Shown here: positions 46,836 to 54,573 of the stretch, one piece after another
Layout: every line of letters starts with the position of its first letter
Numbering within the stretch: the stretch's first letter is position 1
Assembly: GCA_964371355.1 (NCBI GenBank)
Contig: CAYJMG010000020.1
Coordinates: 130-64,129, forward strand
DNA: 64,000 nucleotides
Source of the DNA: an uncultured Dehalococcoidia bacterium
GTDB taxonomy: Bacteria > Chloroflexota > Dehalococcoidia > DSTF01 > JACRBR01
Direction: 5' to 3'
Notes under the pieces: model-generated
Databases searched by the model: none
What the model saw: the letters and a program-made list of their open reading frames with translations, nothing else
Told to the model about the DNA's origin: nothing
Translations under genes and position numbers: made by a program

Positions 46836-47142
46836 GCGATATTGCTCGGCAGTTTTCCCTTTCTGGCGAGGTGGCCCACCTCCTGGCGGGGAGTTTGTTT
46901 TGTACTTTTGGCTTTCCGGAAACTGGCAGGACATTCCTCGGCTGGTTCCGGTGTTGGACGGGCAGCGCCCGGGTTGGTTTTGAATACTCCGCCCGCGTAG
47001 TGACGTTGGATGCGATAGGCGCGTCGGCGACGCGCCCGTACAGGCGTCCGTCAGCCAGGTCGGCGCTGCCAGGCGGGAGTGCATGGGGCGAGCTTAGGGG
47101 AGGTCCGGGACGAACTCCAAGCGGGCCAGATCACTTTCGTGA
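46836..47142 (+). repeat. second copy of the ~300-nt intergenic element (GCGATATTGCTCGGCAGTT core at the 5' end, CTCCAAGCGGGCCAGATCACTTTCGTGA box at the 3' end)
   Basis: Both end motifs match the 2291-2593 element in the same order, orientation and overall spacing. There is an internal degenerate second unit (GGCAGGACATTCCTCGGCTGGTTCCGG). It lies between convergent aspS and a binding-protein gene, in a locally AT-richer stretch. Confidence 0.6.
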
Positions 47143-47181
47143 GATTCTCGTCGATCTGAGCGTGACGCCGGCGTGGACGAG

Positions 47182-48822
47182 CTATCGCACGCGCGTCTCG
47201 ACGTACCACGCGTTCACGTCCGCGAACCGGCCGCTGACCCCGAACAGGAGGCGCCCTTCGAATCCCCGCGCGCGTGAAGCCCGCACGTACACGGTCGATG
47301 GCGCATACAGCGGGATCGAGGGCATCTCCGCGATGAGGTACCCCCCGAACAGTGTGTACAGCTCCTGCCGGCGGGACGTGTCCGTGGTCTGACGCGCCCG
47401 TTGCAGGGCGTCGTCGATGCGCCCGTCGCTGAAGCCCGAGAGGTTCAGCCCCGGAGGTCGGATCTGGCTCGTGTGCCAGAACGGGTAGGGGTCCGGGTCC
47501 GGCCCCGGATCCACCAGCACCAGCGCCGCCTCGAAATCGCGCGCCAGCAGGTGCTCCTCGAGGAACGTCCCTGCATCGAGTGGCTGCACCGTCGCGTCCA
47601 CGCCGATCGCCTTCCACTGCCTCGCGATGTTCTCCGCGATGGCCACGCGGCGTGGGTCATCGGCCGTCGAGATCGTGAACGACAGGCGCAGGTTGTCGAT
47701 GTTCGCGCGGGTGCCGTCCCGCGCCCGGAAGAACCCGGCCAGCTCCAGCTCCGTCGCCGCCGCCCCGGGGTCGAATGGTGGAAGCTCGACATCGGCCGCC
47801 GCCCAGGACTCGGGCGGAATACCCGTTGTTGATGGGGCGCCGTCACCCAGCGCCACTTCCGCGATCAGCGTCTCGCGGTTGATCCCCTGGAACAGGGCCC
47901 GCCTGACCGGCCGCGTGCTGAACACCGGCAGCTGCGTATTGAGATACAGGACGTAGTGGGGCGCGCCCGGCAGGCTGCTCATGGTCCAGCGCTGGTCGCT
48001 TCGAAAGAAGGCGATGTCGTCCTCGGTCGTGCGCTCGTCCAGGACCGCGCCATCGATCGTACCGTCTCGCAGTGCGGCCACCAGTTCGTCCCGCGTTTTG
48101 AACGCCCGGAAGGCGAGCCGCGAAATGTGCGGTGGCCCCAGGTAGTACGTGGAGTTCGCCTCCAGCTCGATGTTCCCATCTTCATCGCGCGACGCCGCGC
48201 GGTATGGGCCCGCCCCGATCGGCTGCAGGTTGAACGCCGCGTTGTACAGCTGCGCCGCGTCGAGGTCCTGCAGGATGTGGCGGGGCAGGATCCCCGTGGT
48301 GAGCCACGCCAGGAACGGCGCGTACGTCTGTTCGAGCTGGAACTCCACGGTCAGCGGGTCGCGCGCCGTTACGACCACGCCCTGCATGAGCTGGCCCAGC
48401 GCCGGATCGCCCTTGAACGCCGGGTCGGCGATGGCCCGGTACGTGAAGACAACGTCCTCGGCGTCCACCTCGACGCCGTCGTGCCACTCGATTCCCCGCC
48501 GCAGGTGGAAGACGTAGCGCTGGCCGTTGTTCGTGATCTCCCAGCGTTCGGCGAGGTCAGGCTGGGCCGAACCGTCCGGGCCCAGCCTCACCAGTCCACT
48601 GAAGATCAGCGACGCCAGGTCTGCGTCTGTGGGATTCGCCTGCGCGTACAGGGGATTGATGCGCTCGGGCGGCCGCAGCACGCCTTCGGTGTACGACCCG
48701 CCGCCGGCTGGGACCGCCTCACCCTTCGGATGGTCCAGGGTGAACCACCAGAACAGCGCGAGCGCCACGCCGCCGACGACGAGCGCCCCGAACAGCGGCC
48801 ATCGCGTCTGCAGAAGCGGCAC
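47182..48822 (-). CDS. ABC transporter substrate-binding protein, family 5 (peptide/nickel type), membrane-anchored
   Basis: 546 aa. N-terminal TM (LFGALVVGGVALALFWWF). SBP_bac_5-like core (LVRLGPDGSAQPDLAERWEI...NGQRYVFHLRRGIEWHDG). No cognate permease or ATPase genes are adjacent. Confidence 0.8.
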   Translation of the reverse strand: MPLLQTRWPLFGALVVGGVALALFWWFTLDHPKGEAVPAGGGSYTEGVLRPPERINPLYAQANPTDADLASLIFSGLVRLGPDGSAQPDLAERWEITNNGQRYVFHLRRGIEWHDGVEVDAEDVVFTYRAIADPAFKGDPALGQLMQGVVVTARDPLTVEFQLEQTYAPFLAWLTTGILPRHILQDLDAAQLYNAAFNLQPIGAGPYRAASRDEDGNIELEANSTYYLGPPHISRLAFRAFKTRDELVAALRDGTIDGAVLDERTTEDDIAFFRSDQRWTMSSLPGAPHYVLYLNTQLPVFSTRPVRRALFQGINRETLIAEVALGDGAPSTTGIPPESWAAADVELPPFDPGAAATELELAGFFRARDGTRANIDNLRLSFTISTADDPRRVAIAENIARQWKAIGVDATVQPLDAGTFLEEHLLARDFEAALVLVDPGPDPDPYPFWHTSQIRPPGLNLSGFSDGRIDDALQRARQTTDTSRRQELYTLFGGYLIAEMPSIPLYAPSTVYVRASRARGFEGRLLFGVSGRFADVNAWYVETRVR

Positions 48823-48841
48823 GGCGGCCTCGGTGGCGTGC

Positions 48842-49078
48842 TTAGCTGGTGGTCTGCTGTACGGACCAGGCTGAAACGATGAGGAAGACGATCGCGAGCA
48901 CGATCGTTAGCTGGAACAGCGTTTTCTCGATGCCGCGCCGCGTACGGAAGCTGCCGCTGGAGCTGCCGCCCCCGAAGATGCCCCCGACGTCCGAGCCCTT
49001 CGCCTGGAGCAGAATCACCAGCGAGAGCGCGATGGCCACCAGGATCTGCGCGACGTGGACGTAATCGACGAAGTCCAT
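48842..49078 (-). CDS. secG: preprotein translocase subunit SecG
   Basis: 78 aa with two TM helices flanking the Gly-rich loop LLQAKGSDVGGIFGGGSSSGSF, characteristic of SecG. The track ORF extends upstream artefactually. Confidence 0.8.
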   Translation of the reverse strand: MDFVDYVHVAQILVAIALSLVILLQAKGSDVGGIFGGGSSSGSFRTRRGIEKTLFQLTIVLAIVFLIVSAWSVQQTTS

Positions 49079-49369
49079 GTAGAAAGCCCCTCCTGCAGGG
49101 CCGACGTATTTAACCACAAAACCGGGGCAACGCCCAAATCTGGGCCGCGTTGGTTCGCCGACGTGGCCCGCCTGGGCGGCAGACCAAACGCCGCATGGTC
49201 GCGGCGGCGAGCGCCAAGATCGAATTTGCCCAGATTTGTGACTGCCCCTTCGCCGATACTCGTCTCCCAATGCCGATCGGCCCTGCCCTGCAGACGCGCG
49301 CCCGGCCCAGACTGGTCGCGATTTCCTCGCCGTTGAACGGTCCGGCGAACTTCCGGGGAAGCGGCGCCG

Positions 49370-50572
49370 ATGCTCAGCCTGTCTCGACTCCTCTGCGGTA
49401 CGGTGAACGCGGGCGACGCGCTGCGATATGATCGGCGGTCGGCCGACTTACCGCCGCACCTCCTCCACTTTTCTCGGGACAAGCGCCCGGTCGTTGTCTG
49501 GAACATTACGCGCCGCTGCAACCTGCATTGCGTCCACTGCTACGCGTCCGCGGCTGATCGCTCCTTCCCCGGGGAACTCTCGACAGAGGAGGGGCTGCGC
49601 GTCATTGACGATCTGGCGGCTTTCGGGGTGCCTGTCATCCTCTTCTCGGGCGGCGAGCCCCTGTCCCGTCCCGACGTGTTCACACTGTCCCGGCATGCGC
49701 GCAGCCGTGGCCTACGTGCCGTACTGTCCACGAACGGCACGCTGATTACGCCGGCCGTCGCTGGGGAGGTCAAAGAGCAGGGATTTTCGTACGTCGGCGT
49801 CAGCCTCGACGGTCTTCCCGAGATCCACGACCGCTTTCGTGGCTTGCGCGGCGCATTCGAGGCCTCGATGGCTGGCATCCGCGCCTGTCGCGAGGCCGGC
49901 ATGCGCGTCGGCGTGCGGTTCACGATCACGAAGCGCAACCAGCATGAACTCCCGCGCATCCTGGACCTGCTGGAAGCGGAAGAGATCCCTCGCTTTTGCA
50001 TGTATCACCTGGCGTACAGCGGGCGAGGCGAGCGCATCGCACCCGACGCGCTGACACCCGGCGAGACCCGCGCCGCGCTCGACCTGTTGTGTGACCGCGT
50101 GCTCGAATGGCACGCGCGCGGTATCGAGAAGGAAGTGCTCACCGTCGACAACCACGCCGACGCGGCGTACCTGTATCTGAAGATCGCGCAGCATCAACCC
50201 GAACGCACCGAAGAGGTGCGCCGCCTGTTGCGCTGGAATGGCGGCAACAGCTCGGGGACCGGCATCGGGTGCATCGATAATCTGGGGAACGTCCACCCCG
50301 ATCAGTTCTCGTGGCAGCTGACGCTCGGCAATGTACGGGAACGCCCGTTCAGCGAGATCTGGAGCGACACCACCAACCCGCTGCTCGGCGCGCTGCGAAA
50401 CCGTCGTGATCTGATTCATGGGCGCTGCGCCTGCTGCCGGTTCTTCGACATCTGCAACGGGAACCTGCGCGTGCGCGCTCTGGCCGCGACCGGCGACCTC
50501 TGGGCCCCGGATCCTGCCTGCTACCTCACGGATCAGGAGATCAGCGAGATCGGGGCCGGCGAGGCGCCATGA
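49370..50572 (+). CDS. radical SAM/SPASM enzyme, NirJ/AhbC/AhbD-like
   Basis: WNITRRCNLHCVHC cluster motif, SGGEPL, ...CMYHLAYSGRG..., and a C-terminal Cys-rich SPASM region (GCIDNLGNVHPD...CACCRFFDICNGNLR...PDPAC). Confidence 0.8.
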   Translation: MLSLSRLLCGTVNAGDALRYDRRSADLPPHLLHFSRDKRPVVVWNITRRCNLHCVHCYASAADRSFPGELSTEEGLRVIDDLAAFGVPVILFSGGEPLSRPDVFTLSRHARSRGLRAVLSTNGTLITPAVAGEVKEQGFSYVGVSLDGLPEIHDRFRGLRGAFEASMAGIRACREAGMRVGVRFTITKRNQHELPRILDLLEAEEIPRFCMYHLAYSGRGERIAPDALTPGETRAALDLLCDRVLEWHARGIEKEVLTVDNHADAAYLYLKIAQHQPERTEEVRRLLRWNGGNSSGTGIGCIDNLGNVHPDQFSWQLTLGNVRERPFSEIWSDTTNPLLGALRNRRDLIHGRCACCRFFDICNGNLRVRALAATGDLWAPDPACYLTDQEISEIGAGEAP

Positions 50573-51699
50573 CGAATCAGGCTCGCCCTGCCGGCCGCCC
50601 CCCGCTCCTCGAAGTGGATTTCGATGTCACACCGTTCACGCTGGCGTGGGAGGTCACCCGCGCCTGCGCGCTGGCGTGCGTCCACTGTCGCGCCGAAGCG
50701 ACGCCGAAGCGCGACGCGCGCGAGCTGACGACCGAGGAGGCGTTCGGGGTGATCGACCAGATCGTCGAGCTTGGCAGGCCCATCCTCGTGATCACCGGCG
50801 GCGACCCGATGATGCGGCCCGACATCTTCGCCATCATCGGCCGTGCCGTCGAGCGCGGCCTGCACGTTGGCTTCTCGCCCAGTGCGACGCGTCTCGTGTC
50901 GCGCGAGGCACTCCAGCGGGTGCGCGAAGCTGGCGTGGACATGGTGCACGTCAGCCTCGACGGCTCCTGCCCGGAGGGACACGACGCGTTTCGGCGCGTC
51001 GCCGGCTCGTTCGCCCGCACGCTGGAGATCGCGTCGGATGTGGTCGACGCCGGCCTTCCGCTCCAGGTCGGCACCACCGTCAGCCGCCAGAACGTCGATG
51101 ATCTCCCGAAGATGCTGGATGTGGTGCGCGACCTTGGCGCCACGGTGTGGAACGTCTTCTTCCTCGTGCCGACGGGCAGGGCGCAGCGGGACGCAATGCT
51201 CACCGCGGCCGAGCACGAAGAAGTGCTGCAGTGGCTCGCGGCGATGTCGGATGAGGCGCCGTTTCGCGTGCGGACGACCGCCGCCCAGCACTATCGCCGC
51301 GTGTTGATCCAGCGCCGGCGCGCGCACGCGGCGCCCGGACAGTCGCCGCCGATCGAGCTTGCCGGCGCGGGATACGCCTTCCGCGAAGGGAGAGCGCCTG
51401 CCGAGAAGGGCGTGAACGACGGCAAGGGGTTCTGTTTCATCTCCCATGTGGGCGACGTGTTCCCAAGCGGATTCCTGCAGTTGAGCGCGGGCAACGTCCG
51501 CAGGCGGCGCCTCAGCGACATCTACAGGGACGCGCCCCTCTTTCGGGCGCTCCGCGATCCGGATCTTCTGAGCGGGAAATGTGGACGGTGCGAGTTCCGG
51601 GGCGTGTGTGGCGGTTCCAGGGCACGGGCCTGGGCCCTCACCGGTGACTATCTCGCGGAAGAACCCTGTTGCGTGTACGACCCGGGCGCGCCCGGTTAG
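50569..51699 (+). CDS. radical SAM/SPASM enzyme, NirJ/AhbC/AhbD-like (paralogue)
   Basis: ATGA-coupled. WEVTRACALACVHC, TGGDPM, FFLVPTGRA, and a C-terminal SPASM region (CFISHVGDVFPSGF...CGRCEFRGVCGGSRARA...EEPCC). Confidence 0.8.
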   Translation: MTNQARPAGRPPLLEVDFDVTPFTLAWEVTRACALACVHCRAEATPKRDARELTTEEAFGVIDQIVELGRPILVITGGDPMMRPDIFAIIGRAVERGLHVGFSPSATRLVSREALQRVREAGVDMVHVSLDGSCPEGHDAFRRVAGSFARTLEIASDVVDAGLPLQVGTTVSRQNVDDLPKMLDVVRDLGATVWNVFFLVPTGRAQRDAMLTAAEHEEVLQWLAAMSDEAPFRVRTTAAQHYRRVLIQRRRAHAAPGQSPPIELAGAGYAFREGRAPAEKGVNDGKGFCFISHVGDVFPSGFLQLSAGNVRRRRLSDIYRDAPLFRALRDPDLLSGKCGRCEFRGVCGGSRARAWALTGDYLAEEPCCVYDPGAPG

Positions 51700-51823
51700 C
51701 CGCGCACCGAGCCGGCCACCTGCATACCGAGCCTCCGACCCCTCTGCTCGTACGAGATACGAGGGCAGCTCCGGGCCGTCGCGGCATCCAGCCTGGTCCC
51801 TGCGTGTTCCTTCGAGATCGACC

Positions 51824-52762
51824 TCACATCGCGCGAAGGAGCCGGATGCGCTCGTCTACAGGCGGGTGGGTGCTGAACAGGTTGTTCAGGAACGAGCCGT
51901 GCTCCTTCAGCGGATTCTCGATGTACAGATGCGCGGTCGCCTTGTTCGCGACCTCCAGCGGCTCCCTGTCCGCGCTGATCTTCTCGAGCGCACGCGCCAG
52001 CGCGTCCGGGTTCCTGCACAGCAGGGCGCCCGACGCGTCGGCCAGGTACTCGCGTTGGCGCGAGATCGCCAGCGAGATGAGCCGGGCCGCGATCGGCGCC
52101 AGGATCGCCAGGACGATCGCCACGACCGCCACGATGGCCATCGCCCCGCCCTTGTCCCTGTTTCGCCCGCGCGAGCCGGCCCCGAACCACGCCCAGCGCA
52201 TCGCGAAGTCCGCCAGCAGCGCGACGATGCCGACCAGCACGACCGTGATCGTCATCACGCGGATATCGTAGTTCCCCACGTGCGACATCTCGTGTGCCAT
52301 CACGCCCTCGAGTTCGGCCTTGTCGAGCTTGTCCAGCAGCCCACGGGTCGCCGCCACCGACGCGTGCTTCGGGTCGCGCCCCGTGGCAAATGCGTTGGGT
52401 GCGCTGTCCTCGATGACGTATACCTTCGGCATCGGCAGCCCGGAGCCGATGCTGAGGTTCTCGACGATGCGATACAGCTCGGGCTCTTCCTCCCTGGTGA
52501 CCTGGCGCGCGCCGCTCACGCCCAGGGCGATGCTGCTGCTCATGTAGTAGCTGAAGAACGCCCAGGCCAGCAGTCCCGCAAACACGAATGGCAGCACCTG
52601 CCACGACCCGCCGAACGCGTACGACAGCGCCGTCGCCAGCGCACCGACGAGCAGCACGAACAGCGCCATCATCAGCCACGTCTCGCGCTTGTTCTTGCCG
52701 ATGCGGTCGTAGATGAGGACGGGTCCATCCGGGATGCCCGGCAGCGATCCGGCGGTCGTCAT
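51824..52762 (-). CDS. htpX: M48-family zinc metalloprotease HtpX
   Basis: HEMSH zinc motif (VMAHEMSHVGNYD), 4 TM segments, C-terminal ...STHPPVDERI. It lies 4 nt downstream of lemA. Confidence 0.9.
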   Translation of the reverse strand: MTTAGSLPGIPDGPVLIYDRIGKNKRETWLMMALFVLLVGALATALSYAFGGSWQVLPFVFAGLLAWAFFSYYMSSSIALGVSGARQVTREEEPELYRIVENLSIGSGLPMPKVYVIEDSAPNAFATGRDPKHASVAATRGLLDKLDKAELEGVMAHEMSHVGNYDIRVMTITVVLVGIVALLADFAMRWAWFGAGSRGRNRDKGGAMAIVAVVAIVLAILAPIAARLISLAISRQREYLADASGALLCRNPDALARALEKISADREPLEVANKATAHLYIENPLKEHGSFLNNLFSTHPPVDERIRLLRAM

Positions 52763-52766
52763 GCGG

Positions 52767-53363
52767 CTAGCTGCTCGGGGCCGGCGGTGTCGCGGGCGGG
52801 TTCGCGAAGCTGACGCGCGGGGCCGCCCGTTCGGCCTCCTCGGCCTCGAAGAACTCGGCCGCCTCGAAGTTGAACATGTTCGCGAAGATGACCGTCGGGA
52901 AGGTGGCCGTCTTCTCGTTGTAGCTCAGCACGTTCGTGTTGTAGAACTGGCGCGCGTACGCGATCTTTTCCTCGATGTCCGACAGCTCGTTCTGCAGGTC
53001 GAGGAAGTTCTGGTTCGCCTTCAGGTCGGGGTAGGCCTCGGCCACGGCGAACAGCGACCGCAGCGTCTGCGTCAGCATGTTGTTCGCTTCGGCCGCCTGG
53101 GCGGGCGTCCCCGCCTGCTGCAGCATCGACCGGGCCCGGGTGACGTTCTCCAGGGTGTCCTTCTCGTGCGAGGCGTAGCCCTTCACCGTCTCGACCAGGT
53201 TCGGGATCAGGTCCGTCCGCCGCTTGAGCTGCACGTCGATGCCCGACCACGCCTCCTTCACCCGCAGGCGCGCCCGCACCAGGCCGTTGTACATGCCGAT
53301 GACGATGAAGACGAGCAGGATGACGACGACGGCGATGACGCCGAGGGTGATCCAGAGAGCCAC
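52767..53363 (-). CDS. lemA: LemA family protein
   Basis: GTG start with a GGAGG RBS. N-terminal TM, then [44 protein letters not shown], the canonical LemA signature. Confidence 0.9.
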   Translation of the reverse strand: MALWITLGVIAVVVILLVFIVIGMYNGLVRARLRVKEAWSGIDVQLKRRTDLIPNLVETVKGYASHEKDTLENVTRARSMLQQAGTPAQAAEANNMLTQTLRSLFAVAEAYPDLKANQNFLDLQNELSDIEEKIAYARQFYNTNVLSYNEKTATFPTVIFANMFNFEAAEFFEAEEAERAAPRVSFANPPATPPAPSS

Positions 53364-53392
53364 GGTGCGCCTCCGTTCGCTACAGCAGCTTC

Positions 53393-53422
53393 CGCAATAG
53401 CCGCTATCGCAATAGCCGCTAT
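53393..53422. promoter_or_regulatory. candidate operator: perfect 15-bp tandem duplication CGCAATAGCCGCTAT x2, each with the palindrome ATAGC-c-GCTAT
   Basis: Read directly, 30-60 nt upstream of the lemA start codon on the lemA-htpX side. Confidence 0.4.
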
Positions 53423-53658
53423 CGCGAGTGTATCACGGCGGTGGGAATGGTCCGGGAACCGGCGATGCGATCTACGGGGCTCCCCGTGGTGCGGGGGAGG
53501 GCCGCGATCGCCGAGTATGAACACGGGGGCCGCGAGCAGCCCAGGGCTGGGACCGGTCGGTCTAACCCGAGACGACGCACACGCGCCCCCTTCTTCCTCC
53601 TCCACCCGCCCGCCCATGCCCCCGCGCTGTTAGCCGAGGCTCACGCGCCGGCCGCGCG

Positions 53659-53688
53659 TTGACGGCGGTGCGAGACGGCCGATACGAT
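53659..53688 (+). promoter_or_regulatory. candidate sigma-70 promoter of tRNA-Val (TTGACG - 18 nt - TACGAT)
   Basis: The hexamers and spacing were read directly. The -10 ends 14 nt before the mature tRNA 5' end. Confidence 0.5.
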
Positions 53689-53702
53689 ACGAGTGAACTC
53701 CG

Positions 53703-53779
<77 letters not shown>

Positions 53780-53939
53780 TTTCATAACCCTTCCTGCTTT
53801 GCCAGTTGGCTGACGCAACCAGCCTGCTTAATTGCCCTCCACGTCGGCTCCCCAGCTAGTAAAGAGTGGGACTGGCACTTTGACCCCCCTTGTCGATTCT
53901 CCTGGCTGCTGTATCTGGGCCGAGCGTTCTCCGCCCAAA

Positions 53940-53967
53940 TTGCCCCGTACGTGAAATTCGTTACAAT
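53940..53967 (+). promoter_or_regulatory. candidate promoter (TTGCCC - 16 nt - TACAAT) upstream of nuoI
   Basis: Read directly, in the AT-richer spacer between the tRNA and nuoI. Confidence 0.35.
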
Positions 53968-54036
53968 CCGAACCTGAGGCGCCTTTCGGGTCCGCGCCCC
54001 CAAACGACCAACGCCTAACGCTTGACGACCACACAC

Positions 54037-54573
54037 ATGTACGGAATCGGCCTCCTTCGCGGCATGCTCGCCACCGTCAGGCGGATGGTCATGCCCGTCG
54101 CGACCATCGAGTTCCCCGAGGTCACCCGGCCGATGTCGCCGCGCGCCCGGACGAACCTGCTCTGGTTCGACGAGCGCTGCACCGGCTGCAGCACCTGCGC
54201 GCAGGCCTGCCCCGACGGCTGCATCCTCGTGGAGACCTCGCCGAACCCCGATGGCACGCTGGAGAAGGTCCGCTACGAGATCGACTTCCGGCTCTGCATG
54301 TACTGCGGGCTGTGCGTCGAAGCCTGCCCGTACCAGGCGATCCAGGCGGGCGGCGTGTTCGAGGACGCCGTGTACGAGTTCGACACGATGTACAAGGACA
54401 AGCACGCCCTCACGAAGCTGGCGCGCGAGCACCTGCGCCGCAACGACTTCTACTACCCCCACGGCCAGCGCGCCCCCGGCGACATCATCGAGTTGATCGA
54501 GGTCGAGGCGAAGCAACAGCCGCAGCCCGTCTCCAAGGCGGAGCGCGTCGTAGGAGCGAGTCTGCGTGGCTAA
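54037..54573 (+). CDS. nuoI: NADH-quinone oxidoreductase subunit I-like 2x[4Fe-4S] ferredoxin
   Basis: MYGIGLLRGMLATVRRM...TIEFPE is a NuoI-type N-terminus. Two C-x2-C-x2-C-x3-CP motifs are present (CTGCSTCAQACP and CMYCGLCVEACP). Confidence 0.8.
   Translation: MYGIGLLRGMLATVRRMVMPVATIEFPEVTRPMSPRARTNLLWFDERCTGCSTCAQACPDGCILVETSPNPDGTLEKVRYEIDFRLCMYCGLCVEACPYQAIQAGGVFEDAVYEFDTMYKDKHALTKLAREHLRRNDFYYPHGQRAPGDIIELIEVEAKQQPQPVSKAERVVGASLRG

Noticed and set aside
46785-47181. The 400-nt gap between convergent genes as a housekeeping ncRNA (RNase P RNA, SRP RNA, tmRNA, 6S)
   Set aside because: I could not find the RNase P GAGGAAAGTCCGGGC-type P4 motif, the SRP GGAAGCAGCC-type motif, or a tmRNA tRNA-like end with ...CCACCA. 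Similarity to the 2289-2593 element favours a dispersed repeat instead. This remains unverified without a covariance-model scan.
49079-49369. Riboswitch (cobalamin or SAM) or RiPP precursor peptide upstream of the NirJ-like radical SAM genes
   Set aside because: I found no B12-box (GCCACTG-like) or SAM-I core motifs. The only small ORFs (for example 49150-49431) are Arg/Pro-rich, lack an RBS and overlap the radical SAM start. This cannot be excluded without a covariance-model scan.
53780-54021. AT-richer spacer 3' of tRNA-Val as a remnant of an integrated element
   Set aside because: There is no direct repeat of the tRNA 3' end downstream and no integrase or phage genes. The next genes are respiratory Fe-S proteins with native-looking composition.
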